From the human T2T-CHM13v2.0 reference genome, Homo sapiens, in assembly GCF_009914755.1 (NCBI RefSeq), contig NC_060933.1: DNA of 64,000 nucleotides; one strand, 5' to 3'. Both the position numbers and the translations under genes were made by a program. Position 1 is the first letter of the stretch. Every line of letters begins with the position of its first letter. Of this stretch, positions 1-15,000 are shown in pieces. The notes beneath the pieces were generated by a model. The model worked only from the letters and a program-made list of their open reading frames with translations, was not told where the DNA came from and did no database searches.

Positions 1-3000
1 ATTCCATACCATTCCATTCCATTCCATTCCATTCCATTCCATTCCATTCCGTTCCATTCCATTCCATTCCATTCTATTCGGGTTAATTCCATTCCATTCC
101 ATTCCATTCCATTCCATTCCATTCCATTCTATTCCATTCCATTGCAATCGAGTTGAATCCATTGCATTTCATTCCATTCCATTCCATTCAATTCCATTCC
201 GGAACATTCCATTCCATTGCATTCCATTCCATTCCATTCCCCTGCACTCGCGTTGATTCCATTCCATTCCATTCCATTCCATTCCATCCATTCCATTCCG
301 TTCTGTTCCATTCCATTCCATTCCATTCCATTCCGTTCCGTTCCATTCCATTCCACTCCATTCTATTCGGGTTAATTCCATTCCATTCCATTCGATTGCA
401 ATCGAGTTGATTCCATTCCACTCCATTCCATTCCATTCCATTCCATTCCATTCCATTCCTTTCCATTCCATTACGGATGATTCCATTCCATTGCATTCCA
501 TTCCATTCCATTCCCCTGTACTCGGGTTGATTCCATTCCATTCCATTCCAATCCACGCCATTCCACTCGTGTTGATTCCATTCTTTCCATTCCATTCAAG
601 TTGAATCCATTCCATTGCATTCTATTGCATTCGATTCCATTCGATTGCACTCGGGTTGATTCCATTCCATTGCATTCCATTCCATTCCATTCCATTCCAT
701 TCCATTCCGTTCCATTCCATTCCATTACATTCGGATTGATTCTATTCAATTCCCTTACACTCCATTACATTCCATTCCATTCGGGTAGTTTCCATTCCAT
801 TCCATTCCATTCCTCTCCATTCCATTGCACTCGGGTTGATTCCATTCCATTGCATTCCATTCCATTCCATTCCATTCCATTCCATTCCATTCCATTCCAT
901 TACATTCGGATTGATTCTATTCAACTCCCTTACTCTCCATTACATTCCATTCCATTCGGGTTGTTCCATTCCATTCCATTCCATTCCACTCCATTCCATT
1001 GCACTCGGGTTGATTCCATTCCATTCCATTCCATTCCATTCCATTCCATTCCATTCCATTCCGTTCCATTCCGTTCCATTCCATTCCATTCCATTCTATT
1101 CGGATTAATTCCATTCCATTCCATTCCGTTCCATTCTATTCCATTCCATTGCAATTGAGTTGAATCCATTGCATTTCATTCCATTCCATTCAATTCCATT
1201 CCATTCCGGAAGATTGCATTCCATTGCATTCCATTCCTTTCCATTCCCCTGCACTCGCGTTGATTCCATTCCATTCCATTCCATTCCATTCCACTCCTTT
1301 CCGTTCCGTTCCATTCCATTCCATTCCATTCCATTCCATTCCGTTCCGTTCCATTCCATTCCATTCCATTCTATTCGGGTTAATTCCATTCCATTCCATT
1401 CGATTGCAATCGAGTTGATTCCATTCCATTCCATTCCATTCCATTCCATTCCATTCCTTTGCATTCCATTACGGATGATTCCATTCAATTGGATTCCATT
1501 CCATTCCATTCCCCTGTACTCGGGTTGATTCCATTCCATTCCATTCCAATCCATGCCATTCCACTCGTGTTGATTCCATTATTTCCTTTCCATTCAAGTT
1601 GAATCCATTCCATTGCATTCCATTCCATTCGATTCCATTCTATTGCACTCGGGTTGATTCCATTCCATTGCATTCCATTCCATTCCATTCCATTCCATTC
1701 CATTCCATTCCGTTCCATTCCATTCCATTACATTCGGATTGATTCTATTCCATTCCCTTACACTCCATTACATTCCATTCCATTCGGGTAGTTTCCATTC
1801 CATTCCATTCCATTCCTCTCCATTCCATTGCACTCGGGTTGATTCCATTCCATTGCATTCCATTCCATTCCATTCCATTCCATTCCGTTCCATTCCATTC
1901 CATTACATTCGGATTGATTCTATTCAACTCCCTTACTCTCCATTACATTCCATTCCATTCGGGTTGTTCCATTCCACTCCATTCCATTGCACTCGTGTTG
2001 ATTCCATTCCATTCCATTCCATTCCATTCCATTCCGGATGATTCCATTCCATTACATTCCGTTCCATTACATTCCCCTGCACTCGCGTTGATTCCATTCC
2101 ATTCCATTCCATTCCAATCAATTCCATTCCATTACAATTCGTTCCATTCCATTCTATTCCGTACCATTCCATTCCATTCCATACCATTCCATTCCATTCC
2201 ATTCCATTCCATTCCGTTCCATTCCATTCCATTCCATTCCATTCGGGTTAATTCCATTCCATTCCATTCCATTCCATTCCATTCCATTCCATTCTATTCC
2301 ATTCCATTGCAATCGAGTTGAATCCATTGCATTTCATTCCATTCCATTCCATTCCATTCCATTCCGGAAGATTCCATTCCATTGCATTCCATTCCATTCC
2401 ATTCCCCTGCACTCACGTTGATTCCATTCCATTCCATTCCATTCCATTCCATCCATTCCATTCCGTTCTGTTCCATTCCATTCCATTCCATTCCATTCCA
2501 TTCCATTCCGTTCCGTTCCATTCCATTCCACTCCATTCTATTCGGGTTAATTCCATTCCATTCCATTCGATTGCAATCGACTTGATTCCATTCCATTCCA
2601 TTCCATTCCATTCCATTCCATTCCTTTCCATTCCATTACGGATGATTACATTCCATTGCATTCCATTCCATTCCATTCCCCTGTACTCGGGTTGATTCCA
2701 TTCCATTCCATTCCAATCCACGCCATTCCACTCGTGTTGATTCCATTCTTTCCATTCCATTCAAGTTGAATCCATTCCATTGCATTCTATTCCATTCGAT
2801 TCCATTCGATTGCACTCGGGTTGATTCCATTCCATTGCATTCCATTCCATTCCATTCCATTCCATTCCATTCCGTTCCATTCCATTCCATTACATTCGGA
2901 TTGATTCTATTCAATTCCCTTACACTCCATTACATTCCATTCCATTCGGGTAGTTTCCATTCCATTGCATTCCATTCCTCTCCATTCCATTGAACTCGGG

Positions 3001-6000
3001 TTGATTCCATTCCATTGCATTCCATTCCATTCCTTTCCATTCCATTCCATTCCATTCCATTACATTCGGATTGATTCTATTCAACTCCCTTACTCTCCAT
3101 TACATTCCATTCCATTCGGGTTGTTCCATTCCATTCCATTCCATTCCACTCTATTCCATTGCACTCGGGTTGATTCCTTTCCATTCCATTCCATTCCATT
3201 CCATTCCATTCCAATCGAGTTGATTCCATTCCATTCCATTCCATTCCACTCCATTCCAGTCCTTTCCATTCCATTCCACTCGGGTTGATTCCAATGTATT
3301 CCTTTCAATTCCATTCCATTCCATTGCAATCGAGTTGATTCCATTGCTTTGCATTCGATTCCATTCCATTCCATTCCGGATGATTCCATTCCATTGCATT
3401 CCATTCCATTCCATTCCCCTGCACTCGGGTTGATTCCATTCCATTCCACTCCATGCCGTTCCATTCCATTCCATTCCATTGTATTCGGGTTAATTCCATT
3501 CCATTCCATTCCATTCCATTCCATTCCATTCCATTCCATTACAATCGAGTTGATTCCATTCCATTCCATTCCATTCCAGTCCTTTCCATTCCATTCCACT
3601 CGGGTTGATTCCATTCTATTAGTTTCCATTCCATTCCATTCCCTTCCATTCCACTCTTGTTGATACCATTCCTTTCCATTCCACTCGAATACATTCCCTC
3701 CTATTCCACTCGGAACGATTCCATTCCATTCCATTCCATTCCATTCCATTCCATTTCGTTCCATTCCATTCTATTCCGTATCATTCCATTCCATTCCATT
3801 CCATTCCATTCCATTCCATTCCATTCCATTGTACTCAGGTTGATTCAATTCCATTTCATTCCATTCCATTCCATTCCATTCCATTCCATTCCATTCCGTT
3901 GCATTCCATTCCATTACATTCGGATTGATTCTATTCAACTCCCTTACTCTCCATTACATTCCATTCCATTCGTGTTGTTCCATTCCATTCCATTCCATTC
4001 CACTCTATTCCATTGCACTCGGGTTGATTCCATTCCATTCCATTCCATTCCATTCCATTCCGGATGATTCCATTCCATTGCATTCCGTTCCATTACATTC
4101 CCCTGCACTCGCGTTGATTCCATTCCATTCCATTCAATTCCATTCCATTACAATTCGTTCCATTCCATTCTATTCCGTACCATTCCATTCCATTCCATAC
4201 CATTCCATTCCATTCCATTCCATTCCATTCCGTTCCATTCCGTTCCATTCCATTCCATTCCATTCTATTCGGATTAATTCCATTCCATTCCATTCCATTA
4301 CATTCTATTCCATTCCATTGAAATCGAGTTGAATCCATTGCATTTCATTCCATTCCATTCCATTCCATTCCATTCCGGAAGATTCCATTCCATTGCATTC
4401 CATTCCATTCCATTCCCCTGCACTCGCGTTGATTCCATTCCATTCCATTCCATTCCGTTCCATTCCATTCCATTCCATTCCATTCCATTCCATTCCGTTC
4501 CGTTCCATTCCATTCCATTCCATTCTATTCGGGTTAATTCCATTCCATTCCATTCGATTGCAATCGAGTTGATTCCATTCCATTCCATTCCATTCCATTC
4601 CATTCCATTCCGTTCCGTTCCATTCCATTCCATTCCATTCCATTTCATTCCGTTCCGTTCCATTCCATTCCATTCCATTCCATTCTATTCGGGTTAATTC
4701 CATTCCATTCCATTCGATTGTAATCGAGTTGATTCCCTTCCATTCCATTCCATTCCATTCCATTCCATTCCATTCCATTCCTTTCCATTCCATTACGGAT
4801 GATTCCATTCCATTGCATTCCATTCCATTCCATTCCCCTGTACTCGGGTTGATTCCATTCCATTCCATTCCAATCCATGCCATTCCACTCGTGTTGATTC
4901 CATTCTTTCCATTCCATTCAAGTTGAATCCATTCCATTGCATTCCATTCCTTTCGATTCCATTCTATTGCACTCGGGTTGATTCAATTCCATTGCATTCC
5001 ATTCCATTCCATTCCATTCCATTCCGTTGCATTCCATTCCATTACATTCCGATTGATTCTATTCAACTCCCTTACTCTCCATTACATTCCATTCCATTCG
5101 GGTTGTTCCATTTCATTCCATTCCATTGCACTCCATTCCATTGCACTCGGGTTGATTCCATTCCATTCCATTCCATTCCATTCCATTCCATTCCGGATGA
5201 TTCCATTCCATTACATTCCGTTCCATTACATTCCCCTGCACTCGCGTTGATTCCATTCCATTCCATTCCATTCCATTCAATTCCATTCCATTACAATTCG
5301 TTCCATTCCATTCTATTCCGTACCATTCCATTCCATTCCATACCATTCCATTCCATTCCATTCCATTCCATTCCATTCCGTTCCATTCCATTCCATTCCA
5401 TTCTATTCGGGTTAATTCCATTCCATTCCATTCCATTCCATTCCATTCCATTCCATTCCATTCTATTCCATTCCATTGCAATCGAGTTGAATCCATTGCA
5501 TTTCATTCCATTCCATTCCATTCCATTCCATTCCGGAACATTCCATTCCATTGCATTCCATTCCATTCCATTCCCCTGCACTCGCGTTGATTCCATTCCA
5601 TTCCATTCCATTCCATTCCATCCATTCCATTCCGTTCTGTTCCATTCCATTCCATTCCATTCCATTCCGTTCCGTTCCATTCCATTCCACTCCATTCTAT
5701 TCGGGTTAATTCCATTCCATTCCATTCGATTGCAATCGAGTTGATTCCATTCCATTCCATTCCATTCCATTCCATTCCATTCCTTTCCATTCCATTACGG
5801 ATGATTCCATTCCATTGCATTCCATTCCATTCCATTCCCCTGCACTCGCGTTGATTCCATTCCATTCCATTCCGTTCCATTCCATTCCATTCCATTCCAT
5901 TCCATTCCATTCCGTTCCGTTCCATTCCATTCCATTCCATTCTATTTGGGTTAATTCCATTCCATTCCATTCGATTGCAATCGAGTTGATTCCATTCCAT

Positions 6001-9000
6001 TCCATTCCATTCCATTCCATTCCATTCCATTCCTTTCCATTCCATTACGGATGATTCCATTCCATTGCATTCCATTCCATTTCATTCCCCTGTACTCAGG
6101 TTGATTCCATTCCATTCCATTCCAATCCATGCCATTCCACTCGTGTTGATTCCATTCTTTCCATTCCATTCAAGTTGAATCCATTCCATTGCATTCCATT
6201 CAATTCGATTCCATTCGATTGCACTCGGGTTGATTCCATTCCATTGCATTCCATTCCATTCCATTCCATTCCATTCCATTCCATTCCATTACGTTCCATT
6301 CCATTCCTTTACATTCGGATTGATTCTACTCAATTCCCTTACACTCCATTACATTCCATTCCATTCGGGTAGTTTCCATTCCATTCCATTCCATTCCTCT
6401 CCATTGCATTGCAATCGGGTTGATTCCATTCCATTGCATTCCATTCCATTCCATTCAATTCCATTCCGTTCCATTCCATTCCATTACATTCGGATTGATT
6501 CTATTCAACTCCCTTACTCTCCATTACATTCCATTCCATTCGGGTTGTTCCATTCCATTCCATTCCATTCCACTCCATTCCATTGCACTCGGGTTGATTC
6601 CATTCCATTCCATTGCATTCCATTCCATTCCGGAAGATTCCATTCCATTGCATTCCATTCCATTCCATTCCCCTGCACTCGCGTTGATTCCATTCCATTC
6701 CATTCCATTCCATTCCATTCCATTCCATTCCTTTCCGTTCCATTCCATTCCATTCCATTCCATTCCAATCCATTCCATTCCGTTCCGTTCCGTTCCATTC
6801 CATACCATTCCATTCTATTCGGGTTAATTCCATTCGATTCCATTCGATTGCAATCGAGTTGATTCCATTCCATTCTATTCCATTTCATTCCATTCCATTC
6901 CATTCCTTTCCATTCCATTCCATTACGGATGATTCCATTCCATTGCATTCCATTCCATTCCATTCCCCTGTACTCGGGTTGATTCCATTCCATTCCATTC
7001 CAATCCATGCCATTCCACTCGTGTTGATTCCATTCTTTCCATTCCATTCAAGTTGAATCCATTCCATTGCATTCCATTCCATTCCATTCCCCTGCAGTCG
7101 GGTTGATTCCATTCCATTCCATTCCATTCCGTTCCGTTCCATTCCATTCCATTCCATTCTATTCGGGTTAATTCCATTCCATTCCATTCCATTCCATTCC
7201 AATCGAGTTGATTCCATTCCATTCCATTCCATTCCATTCCACTCCATTCCAGTCCTTTCCATTCCATTCCACTCGGGTTGATTCCAATGTATTCCTTTCC
7301 ATTCCATTCCATTCCATTGCAATCGAGTTGATTCCATTGCTTTGCATTCCATTCCATTCCATTCCATTCCGGATGATTCCATTCCATTGCATTCCATTCC
7401 ATTCCATTCCCCTGCACTCGGGTTGATTCCATTCCATTCCACTCCATTCCGCTCCATTCCATTCCATTCCAATGTATTCGGGTTAATTCCATTCCATTCC
7501 ATTCCATTCCATTCCATTCCATTACAATCGAGTTGATTCCATTCCATTCCATTCCATTCCAGTCCTTTCCATTCCATTCCACTCTTGTTGATTCCATTCT
7601 ATTAGTTTCCATTCCATTCCATTCCCTTCCATTCCACTCTGGTTGATACCATTCCTTTCCATTCCACTCGAATACATTCCCTCCTATTCCACTCGGAACG
7701 ATTCCATTCCATTCCATTCCATTCCATTCCATTCCATTCCATTTCGTTCCATTCCATTCTATTCCGTATCATTCCATTCCATTCCATTCGATTCCATTCT
7801 ATTCCATTCCATTCCATTCCATTGTACTCGGGTTGATTCAATTCCATTGCATTCCATTCCATTCCATTCCATTCCATTCCGTTGCATTCCATTCCATTAC
7901 ATTCGGATTGATTCTATACAACTCCCTTACTCTCCGTTACATTCCATTGCACTCGGGTTGATTCCATTCCATTCCATTCCATTCCATTCCATTCCATTCC
8001 ATTCCGGATGATTCCATTCCATTGCATTCCGTTCCATTACATTCCCTTGCACTCGCGTTGATTCCATTCAATTCCATTCCATTCCATTCAATTCCATTCC
8101 ATTACAATTCGTTCCATTCCATTCTATTCCGTACCATTCCATTCCATTCCATACCATTCCATTCCATTCCATTCCATTCCGTTCCGTTCCATTCCGTTCC
8201 ATTCCATTCCATTCCATTCTATTCGGATTAATTCCATTCCATTCCATTCCATTCCATTCTATTCCATTCCATTGCAATCGAGTTGAATCCATTGCATTTC
8301 ATTCCATTCCATTTCATTCCATTCCATTCCGGAAGATTCCATTCCATTCCATTCCATTCCATTCCATTCCCCTACAGTCGCGTTGATTCCATTCCATTGC
8401 ATTCCATTCCATTCCATTCCGTTCCGTTCCATTCCATTCCATTCCATTTCATTCCGTTCCGTTCCATTCCATTCCATTCCATTCCATTCTATTCGGGTTA
8501 ATTCCATTCCATTCCATTCGATTGTAATCGAGTTGATTCCATTCCATTCCATTCCATTCCATTCCATTCCATTCCAGTCCTTTCCATTCCATTCCACTCG
8601 GGTTGATTCCATTCTATTAGTTTCCATTCCATTGCATTCCCTTCCATTCCACTCTTGGTGATACCATTCCTTTCCATTCCACTCGAATACATTCCCTCCT
8701 ATTCCACTCGGAACGATTCCATTGCATTCCATTCCATTCCATTCCATTCCATTTCGTTCCATTCCATTCTATTCCGTATCATTCCATTCCATTCCATTCC
8801 ATTCCATTGTACTCAGGTTGATTCAATTCCATTGCATTCCATTCCATTGCATTCCATTCCATTCCATTCCGGATGATTCCATTCCATTGCATTCCATTCC
8901 ATTCCATTCCCCTGCACTCGGGTTGATTCCATTCCATTCCATTCCATTGCATTCCATTCCATTCCCTTCCGGATGATTCCATTGCATTGCATTCCATTCC

Positions 9001-12000
9001 ATTCCATTCCCCTGCACTCGGGTTGATTCCATTCCATTCCATTACATTACATTCCGTTCCATTCCATTCCATTCCATTCGGATTGATTCTATTCAATTCC
9101 CTTACACTCCATTACATTCCATTCCGTTCGGGTAGTTTCCATTCCATTCCATTCCATTCCTCTCCATTCCATTGCACTCGGGTAGATTCCATTCCATTCC
9201 ATTCCATTACATTACATTCCATTCCATTACATTCCATTCCATTCCATTCCATTCCATTGTACTCGGGTTGATTCCATTCCATTGCATTCCATTCCATTCC
9301 GTTCCATTCCATTACATTCGTATTGATTCTATTCAACTCCCTTACTCTCCATTATATTCCATTCCATTCGGGTTGTTCCATTCCATTCCATTCCATTCCA
9401 CTCCATTCCATTGCACTCAGGTTGATTCCATTCCATTCCATTCCATTCCATTCGATTCCATTCCATTCCATTCCAGTCCATTCCATTCCATTCCATTCCA
9501 TTCCATTCCATTCCATTCCATTCCGGATGATTCCATTCCATTGCATTCCGTTCCATTCCATTCCCCTGCACTCGGGTTGATTCCATTCTATTCCATTACA
9601 TTCGGATTGATTCTATTCAACTCCCTTACTCTCCATTACATTCCATTCCATTCGGGTTGTTCCATTCCATTCCATTGCATTCCACTCCATTCCATTGCAC
9701 TCAGGTTGATTCCATTCCATTCCATTCCATTCCATTCGATTCCATTCCATTCCATTCCATTCCATTCCATTCCATTCCATTCCATTCCATTCCATTCCGG
9801 ATGATTACATTCCATTGCATTCCTTTCCATTCCATTCCCCTGTACTCGGGTTGATTCCATTCCTTTCCATTCCAATCCATGCCATTCCACTCGTGTTGAT
9901 TCCATTCTTTCCATTCCATTCAAGTTGAATCCATTCCATTGCATTCCATTCCATTCCATTCCCCTGCAGTCGGGTTGATTCCATTCCATTCCATTCCATT
10001 CCATTCCATTCCATTCCGTTCCGTTCCGTTCCATTCCATTCCATTCCTTTCTATTCGGGTTAATTCCATTCCATTCCATTCCATTCCATTCCAATCAAGT
10101 TGATTCCATTCCATTCCATTCCATTCCATTCCATTCCATTCCACTCCATTCCAGTCCTTTCCATTCCATTCCACTCGGGTTGATTCCATTCTATTAGTTT
10201 CCATTCCATTCCATTCCCTTCCATTCCACTCTGGTTGATACCATTCCTTTCCATTCCACTCGAATACATTCCCTCCTATTCCACTCGGAACGATTCCATT
10301 CCATTCCATTCCATTCTATTCCATTCCATTCCATTTCGTTCCATTCCATTCTATTCCGTATCATTCCATTCCATTCCATTCCATTCCATTCCATTCCATT
10401 CCATTCCATTGTACTCGGGTTGATTCAATTCCATTGCATTCCATTCCATTCCATTCCATTCCATTCCGTAGCATTCCATTCCATTACATTCGGATTGATT
10501 CTATTCAACTCCCTTACTCTCCATTACATTCCATTCCATTCGGGTTGTTCCATTCCATTCAATTCCATTCCACTCCATTCCATTGCACTCGGGTTGATTC
10601 CATTCCATTCCATTGCATTCCATTCCATTCCATTCCATTCCGGATGATTCCATTCCATTGCATTCCGTTCCATTACATTCCCCTGCACTCGCGTTGATTC
10701 CATTCCATTCCATTCCATTCCATTCCATTCCATTCCATTCCATTCCATTACAATTCGTTCCATTCCATTCTATTCCGTACCATTCCTTTCCATTCCATAC
10801 CATTCCATTCCATTCCATTCCATTCCGTTCCATTCCGTTCCATTCCATTCCATTCCATTCTATTCGGATTAATTCCATTCCATTCCTTTCCATTCCATTC
10901 TAATCCATTCCATTGCAATCGAGTTGAATCCATTGCATTTCATTCCATTCCATTCCATTCCATTCCAGAAGATTCCATTCCATTGCATTCCATTCCATTC
11001 CATTCCCCTGCACTCGCGTTGATTCCATTCCATTCCATTCCATTCCATTCCGTTCCGTTCCGTTCCATTCCATTCCATTCCATTCCGTTCCGTTCCATTC
11101 CATTCCATTCCATTCTATTCGGGTTAATTCCATTCCATTCCATTCGATTGCAATCGAGTTGATTCCATTCCATTCCATTCCATTCCATTCCATTCCATTC
11201 CTTTCCATTCCATTACGGATGATTCCATTCCATTGCATTCCATTCCATGCCATTCCCCTGTACTCGGGTTGATTCCATTCCATTCCATTCCAATCCATGC
11301 CATTCCACTGGTGTTGATTCCATTCTTTCCATTCCATTCAAGTTGATTCAATTCCATTGCATTCCATTCCATTCGATTCCATTCGAGTGCACTCGGGTGG
11401 ATTCCATTCCATTGCATTCCATTCCATTCCATTCCATTCCATTCCATTCCATTCCGTTCCATTCCATTCCATTACATTCGGATTGATTCTATTCAATTCC
11501 CTTACACTCCATTACATTCCATTCCATTCGGGTAGTTTCCATTCCATTCCATTCCATTCCTCTCCATTCCACTGCACTCGGGTTGATTCCATTCCATTGC
11601 ATTCCATTCCATTCCATTCAATTCCATTCCTTTCCATTCCATTCCATTACATTCGGATTGATTCTATTCAACTCCCTTACTCTCCATTACTTTCCATTCC
11701 ATTCGGGTTGTACCATTCCATTCCATTCCATTCCACTCCATTCCATTGCACTCGGGTTGATTCCATTCCATTCCATTCCATTCCATTCCATTCCATTCCA
11801 TTCCGGAAGATTACATTCCATTGCATTCCATTCCATTCCGTTCCCCTGCACTCGCGTTGATTCCATTCCATTCCATTCTATTCCATTCCATTCCCTTCCT
11901 TTCCGTTCCATTGCATTCCATTCCATTCCATTCCGTTCCGTTCCATTCCATTCCATTCCATTCTATTCGGGTTAATTCCATTCCATTCCATTCGATTGCA

Positions 12001-15000
12001 ATCGAGTTGATTCCATTCCATTCCATTCCATTCCAATCCATTCCATTCCTTTCCATTCCATTACGGATGATTCCATTCCATTGCATTCCATTCCATTCCA
12101 TTCCCCTGCACTCGGGTTGATTCCATTCCATTCCATTCCATTACATTCCGTTCCATTCCATTCCATTCCATTCGGATTGATTCTATTCAATTCCCTTACA
12201 CTCCATTACATTCCATTCCATTCGGGTAGTTTCCATTCCATTCCATTCCATTCTATTCCATTCCATTCCCTTCCTTTCCGTTCCATTCCATTCCATTCCA
12301 TTCCATTCCGTTCCGTTCCATTCCTTTCCATTCCATTCTATTCGGGTTAATTCCATTCCATTCCATTCCATTCGATTCCATTCGATTGCACTCGGGTTGA
12401 TTCCATTCCATTCCATTCCATTCCATTTCATTCCATTCCTTTCCATTACATTCGGATTGATTCTATTCAATTCCCTTACACTCCATTACATTCCATTCCA
12501 TTCGGGATGTTTCCATTCCGTTCCATTCCATTCCACTCCATTCCATTGCATCGGGTTGATTCCATTCCATTCCATTCCATTCCATTCCATTCCATTCCAT
12601 TCCATTCCGGATGATTCCATTCCATTGCATTCCATTCCATTCCATTCCCCTGCACTCGGGTTGATTACATTCCATTCCCTTCCCTTCCATTCCTTTCCAT
12701 TCCATTCCATTCCATTCCATTCTATTCGGGTGAATTCCATTCCATTCCATTCCATTCCATTCCATTCCATTCCATTCCATTCCATTCCCCTGCATTCGGG
12801 TTGATTCCATTCAATTCCATTCCATTAAATTCCATTCTATTCCATTCCGTTCCATTCCATTCCATTCCATTCCATTCCATTCCAATGGAGTTGATTCCAT
12901 TCCGTTCCATTCCATTCCATTCCACTCCATTCCAGTCCTTTCCATTCCATTCCACTCGGGTTGATTCCATTCTATTCCTTTCCATTCCATTCCATTCCAT
13001 TGCAATCAAGTTGATTCCACTGCATTGCATTCCATTCCATTCCATTCCATTCCGGATGATTCCATTCCATTGCATTCCATTCCATTCCATTCCCCTGCAC
13101 TCGGGTTGATTCCATTCCATTCCACTCCATTCCGTTCCATTCCATTCCATTCCATTGTATTCGTGTTAATTCCATTCAATTCCATTCCATTCCATTCCAT
13201 TCCATTCCATTACAATCGAGTTGATTCCATTCCATTCCATTCCATTCCATTCCAATCCATTCCACTCCATTCCTTTCCATTCTATTCCACTCGGGTTGAT
13301 TCCATTCTATTAGTTTCCATTCCATTCCATTCCCTTCCAATCCACTCTGGTTGATTCCATTCCTTTCCATTCCACCCGAATACATTCCCTCCTATTCCAC
13401 TCAGAACGATTCCATTCCATTCCATTCCATTCCATTCCATTCCATTTCGTTCCATTCCATTCTATTCCGTACCATTCCATTCCATTCCATTCCATTCCAT
13501 TCCACTCGTGTTGATTCCATTCCTTTCCGTTCCATTCGGTTTGAAGCCATTCCATTCCATTCCATTCCGTTCCATTCCATTCCATTCCATTCCATTCCAT
13601 TCCATTCCGTTCCATTCCATTCCATTACATTCGGATTGATTCTATTCAATTCCCTTACACTGCATTACATTCCATTCCATTCGGGTAGTTTCCATTCCAT
13701 TCCATTCCATTCCTCTCCATTCCATTGAACTCGGGTTGATTCCATTTCATTGCATTCCATTCCATTCCATTCAATTCCATTCCGTTCCATTCCATTCCAT
13801 TACATTCGGATTGATTCTATTCAACTCCCTTACTCTCCGTTACATTCCATTCCATTCGGGTTGTTCCATTCCATTCCATTCCATTCCACTCCATTCCATT
13901 GCACTCGGGTTTATTCCATTCCATTCCATTCCATTCCATTCCTTTCCATTCCGGAAGATTCCATTCCATTGCATTCCATTCCATTCCATTCCCCTGCACT
14001 CGCGTTAATTCCATTCCATTCCATTCCATTCCATTCCCTTCAATTCCATTCCTTTCCGTTCCATTCCATTCCATTCCATTCCATTCCATTCCGTTCCGTT
14101 CCGTTCCATGCCATTCCATTCCATACTATTCGGGTTAATTCCATTCCATTCCATTCGATTGCAATCGAGTTGATTCCATTCCATTCCATTCCATTCCATT
14201 CCATTCCATTCCATTCCATTCCTTTCCATTCCATTATGGATGATTCCATTCCATTGCATTCCATTCCATTCCATTCCCCTGTACTCGGGTTGATTCCATT
14301 CCATTCCATTCCAATCCATGCCATTCCACTCCTGTTGATTCCATTCTTTCCATTCCATTCAAGTTGAATCCATTCCAATGCATTCCATTCCATTCCATTC
14401 CCCTGCAGTCGGGTTGTTTCCATTCCATTCCATTCCATTCCATTCCATTCCATTCCATTCCATTCCGTTCTGTTCCATTCCATTCCATTCCATTCTATTC
14501 GGGTTAATTCCATTCCATTCCATTCCATTCCATTCCATTCCATTCCAATCGAGTTGATTCCATTCCATTCCATTCCACTCCATTCCAGTCCTTTCCATTC
14601 CATTCCACTCGGGTTGACTCCAGTGTATTCCTTTCCATTCCATTCCATTCCATTGCAATCGAGTTGATTCCATTGCTTTGCATTCCATTCCATTCCATTC
14701 CATTCCGGATGATTCCATTCCATTGCATTCCATTCCATTCCATTCCCCTGCATTCGGGTTGATTCCATTCCATTCCACTCCATTCCGTTCCATTCCATTC
14801 CATTGCATTGTATTCGGGTTAATTCCATTCCATTCCATTCCATTCCATTCCTTTACAATCGAGTTGATCCCATTCCATTCCATTCCATTCCAGTCCTTTC
14901 CATTCCATTCCACTCGGGTTGATTCCATTCTATTAGTTTCCATTCCATTCCATTCCCTTCCATTCCACTCTGGTTGATTCCATTCCTTTCCATTCCACTC

